The notes under the pieces are model-generated. The model was given only the letters and a program-made list of their open reading frames with translations, did not search any database and had not been told where the DNA came from. Positions 4,798 through 5,102 of a stretch of 5,102 nucleotides of DNA are shown here, piece by piece. Source of the DNA: a virus (Duplodnaviria; Heunggongvirae; Uroviricota; Caudoviricetes); the IMG/VR virus record IMGVR_UViG_2547132272_000019; one strand, 5' to 3'. Each line of letters opens with the position of its first letter. Within the stretch, counting starts at the first letter, position 1. The translations under genes and the position numbers were made by a program.

Positions 4798-5102
4798 TTA
4801 TGACTTATCCCTGTCTAACCAGTCGCCGCTTTCAATCAGCGTTAATCCATCGACGGGTCGTTGATAAACGTACATCCATGCACTCCCGTACGGCGTCTGA
4901 ATCAACTGGCGCGCGTATTCACCGCCCCTGGTGCGCAAGGCATCAAGTTCGGCCAGCGTGGCGTTGTCAATACGATAAACTTCACCGTGTACCGTTCCGT
5001 TTCCCGGAACTGCGCCTGGATAGTGGCCCAGGCTATACAACTGGTAGTTATCGATACTGAAATCGCCCAGCAACTGGGCATTGGTCATCCAGTGGCTGGG
5101 GG
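4798..5102 (-). CDS. ytfP: gamma-glutamylcyclotransferase-family (AIG2/GGCT-like) protein YtfP, 3' portion; start lies beyond the window end
   Basis: Translation ...SHWMTNAQLLGDFSIDNYQLYSLGHYPGAVPGNGTVHGEVYRIDNATLAELDALRTRGGEYARQLIQTPYGSAWMYVYQRPVDGLTLIESGDWLDRDKS* matches E. coli YtfP as recalled from memory. The frame stays open to the window edge upstream of the track's Met at 5088. Confidence 0.8.
   Translation of the reverse strand, partial: PSHWMTNAQLLGDFSIDNYQLYSLGHYPGAVPGNGTVHGEVYRIDNATLAELDALRTRGGEYARQLIQTPYGSAWMYVYQRPVDGLTLIESGDWLDRDKS

Noticed and set aside
4426-5060. + strand ORFs 4426-4701 and 4689-5060
   Set aside because: Antisense to the 80-aa gene and to ytfP; ytfP is recognisable from its translation and the 80-aa gene has a strong SD.
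1-5102. CRISPR array, insertion sequence or integrase
   Set aside because: No regularly spaced repeats of 25-40 bp, no terminal inverted repeats flanking a transposase-like ORF, and no recombinase-like ORF are present in this window.

Overview
Enterobacterial (E. coli-like) chromosomal window with three parts. (1) Positions 1-3123, + strand: a translationally coupled operon of one partial and three complete genes (ATGA stop/start overlaps at 103-106 and 1360-1363, strong RBS at 788), ending in an intrinsic terminator. The last gene (565 aa) has an N-terminal motif that, from memory, resembles P2 gpD-type tail/baseplate-hub proteins, so the operon may be a phage-tail-derived module; this is unverified. 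(2) Positions 3124-4157: about 1.1 kb with no credible long ORF. It holds an apparently intact hok/mok/sok-type type I toxin-antitoxin locus, whose 46-aa Hok-like toxin ORF (3888-4028) is too short to appear in the ORF track. Upstream of it are a divergent ~60-nt sRNA candidate with its own promoter and terminator, a GATC-dense AT-rich block, and short direct repeats. (3) Positions 4158-5102, - strand: a YidD-family paralog translationally coupled to an 80-aa small protein, downstream of the 3' part of ytfP (its start lies beyond the window end). No tRNA, rRNA, CRISPR array or IS element was seen. All family assignments are from reading the translations and from memory; no database search was possible.
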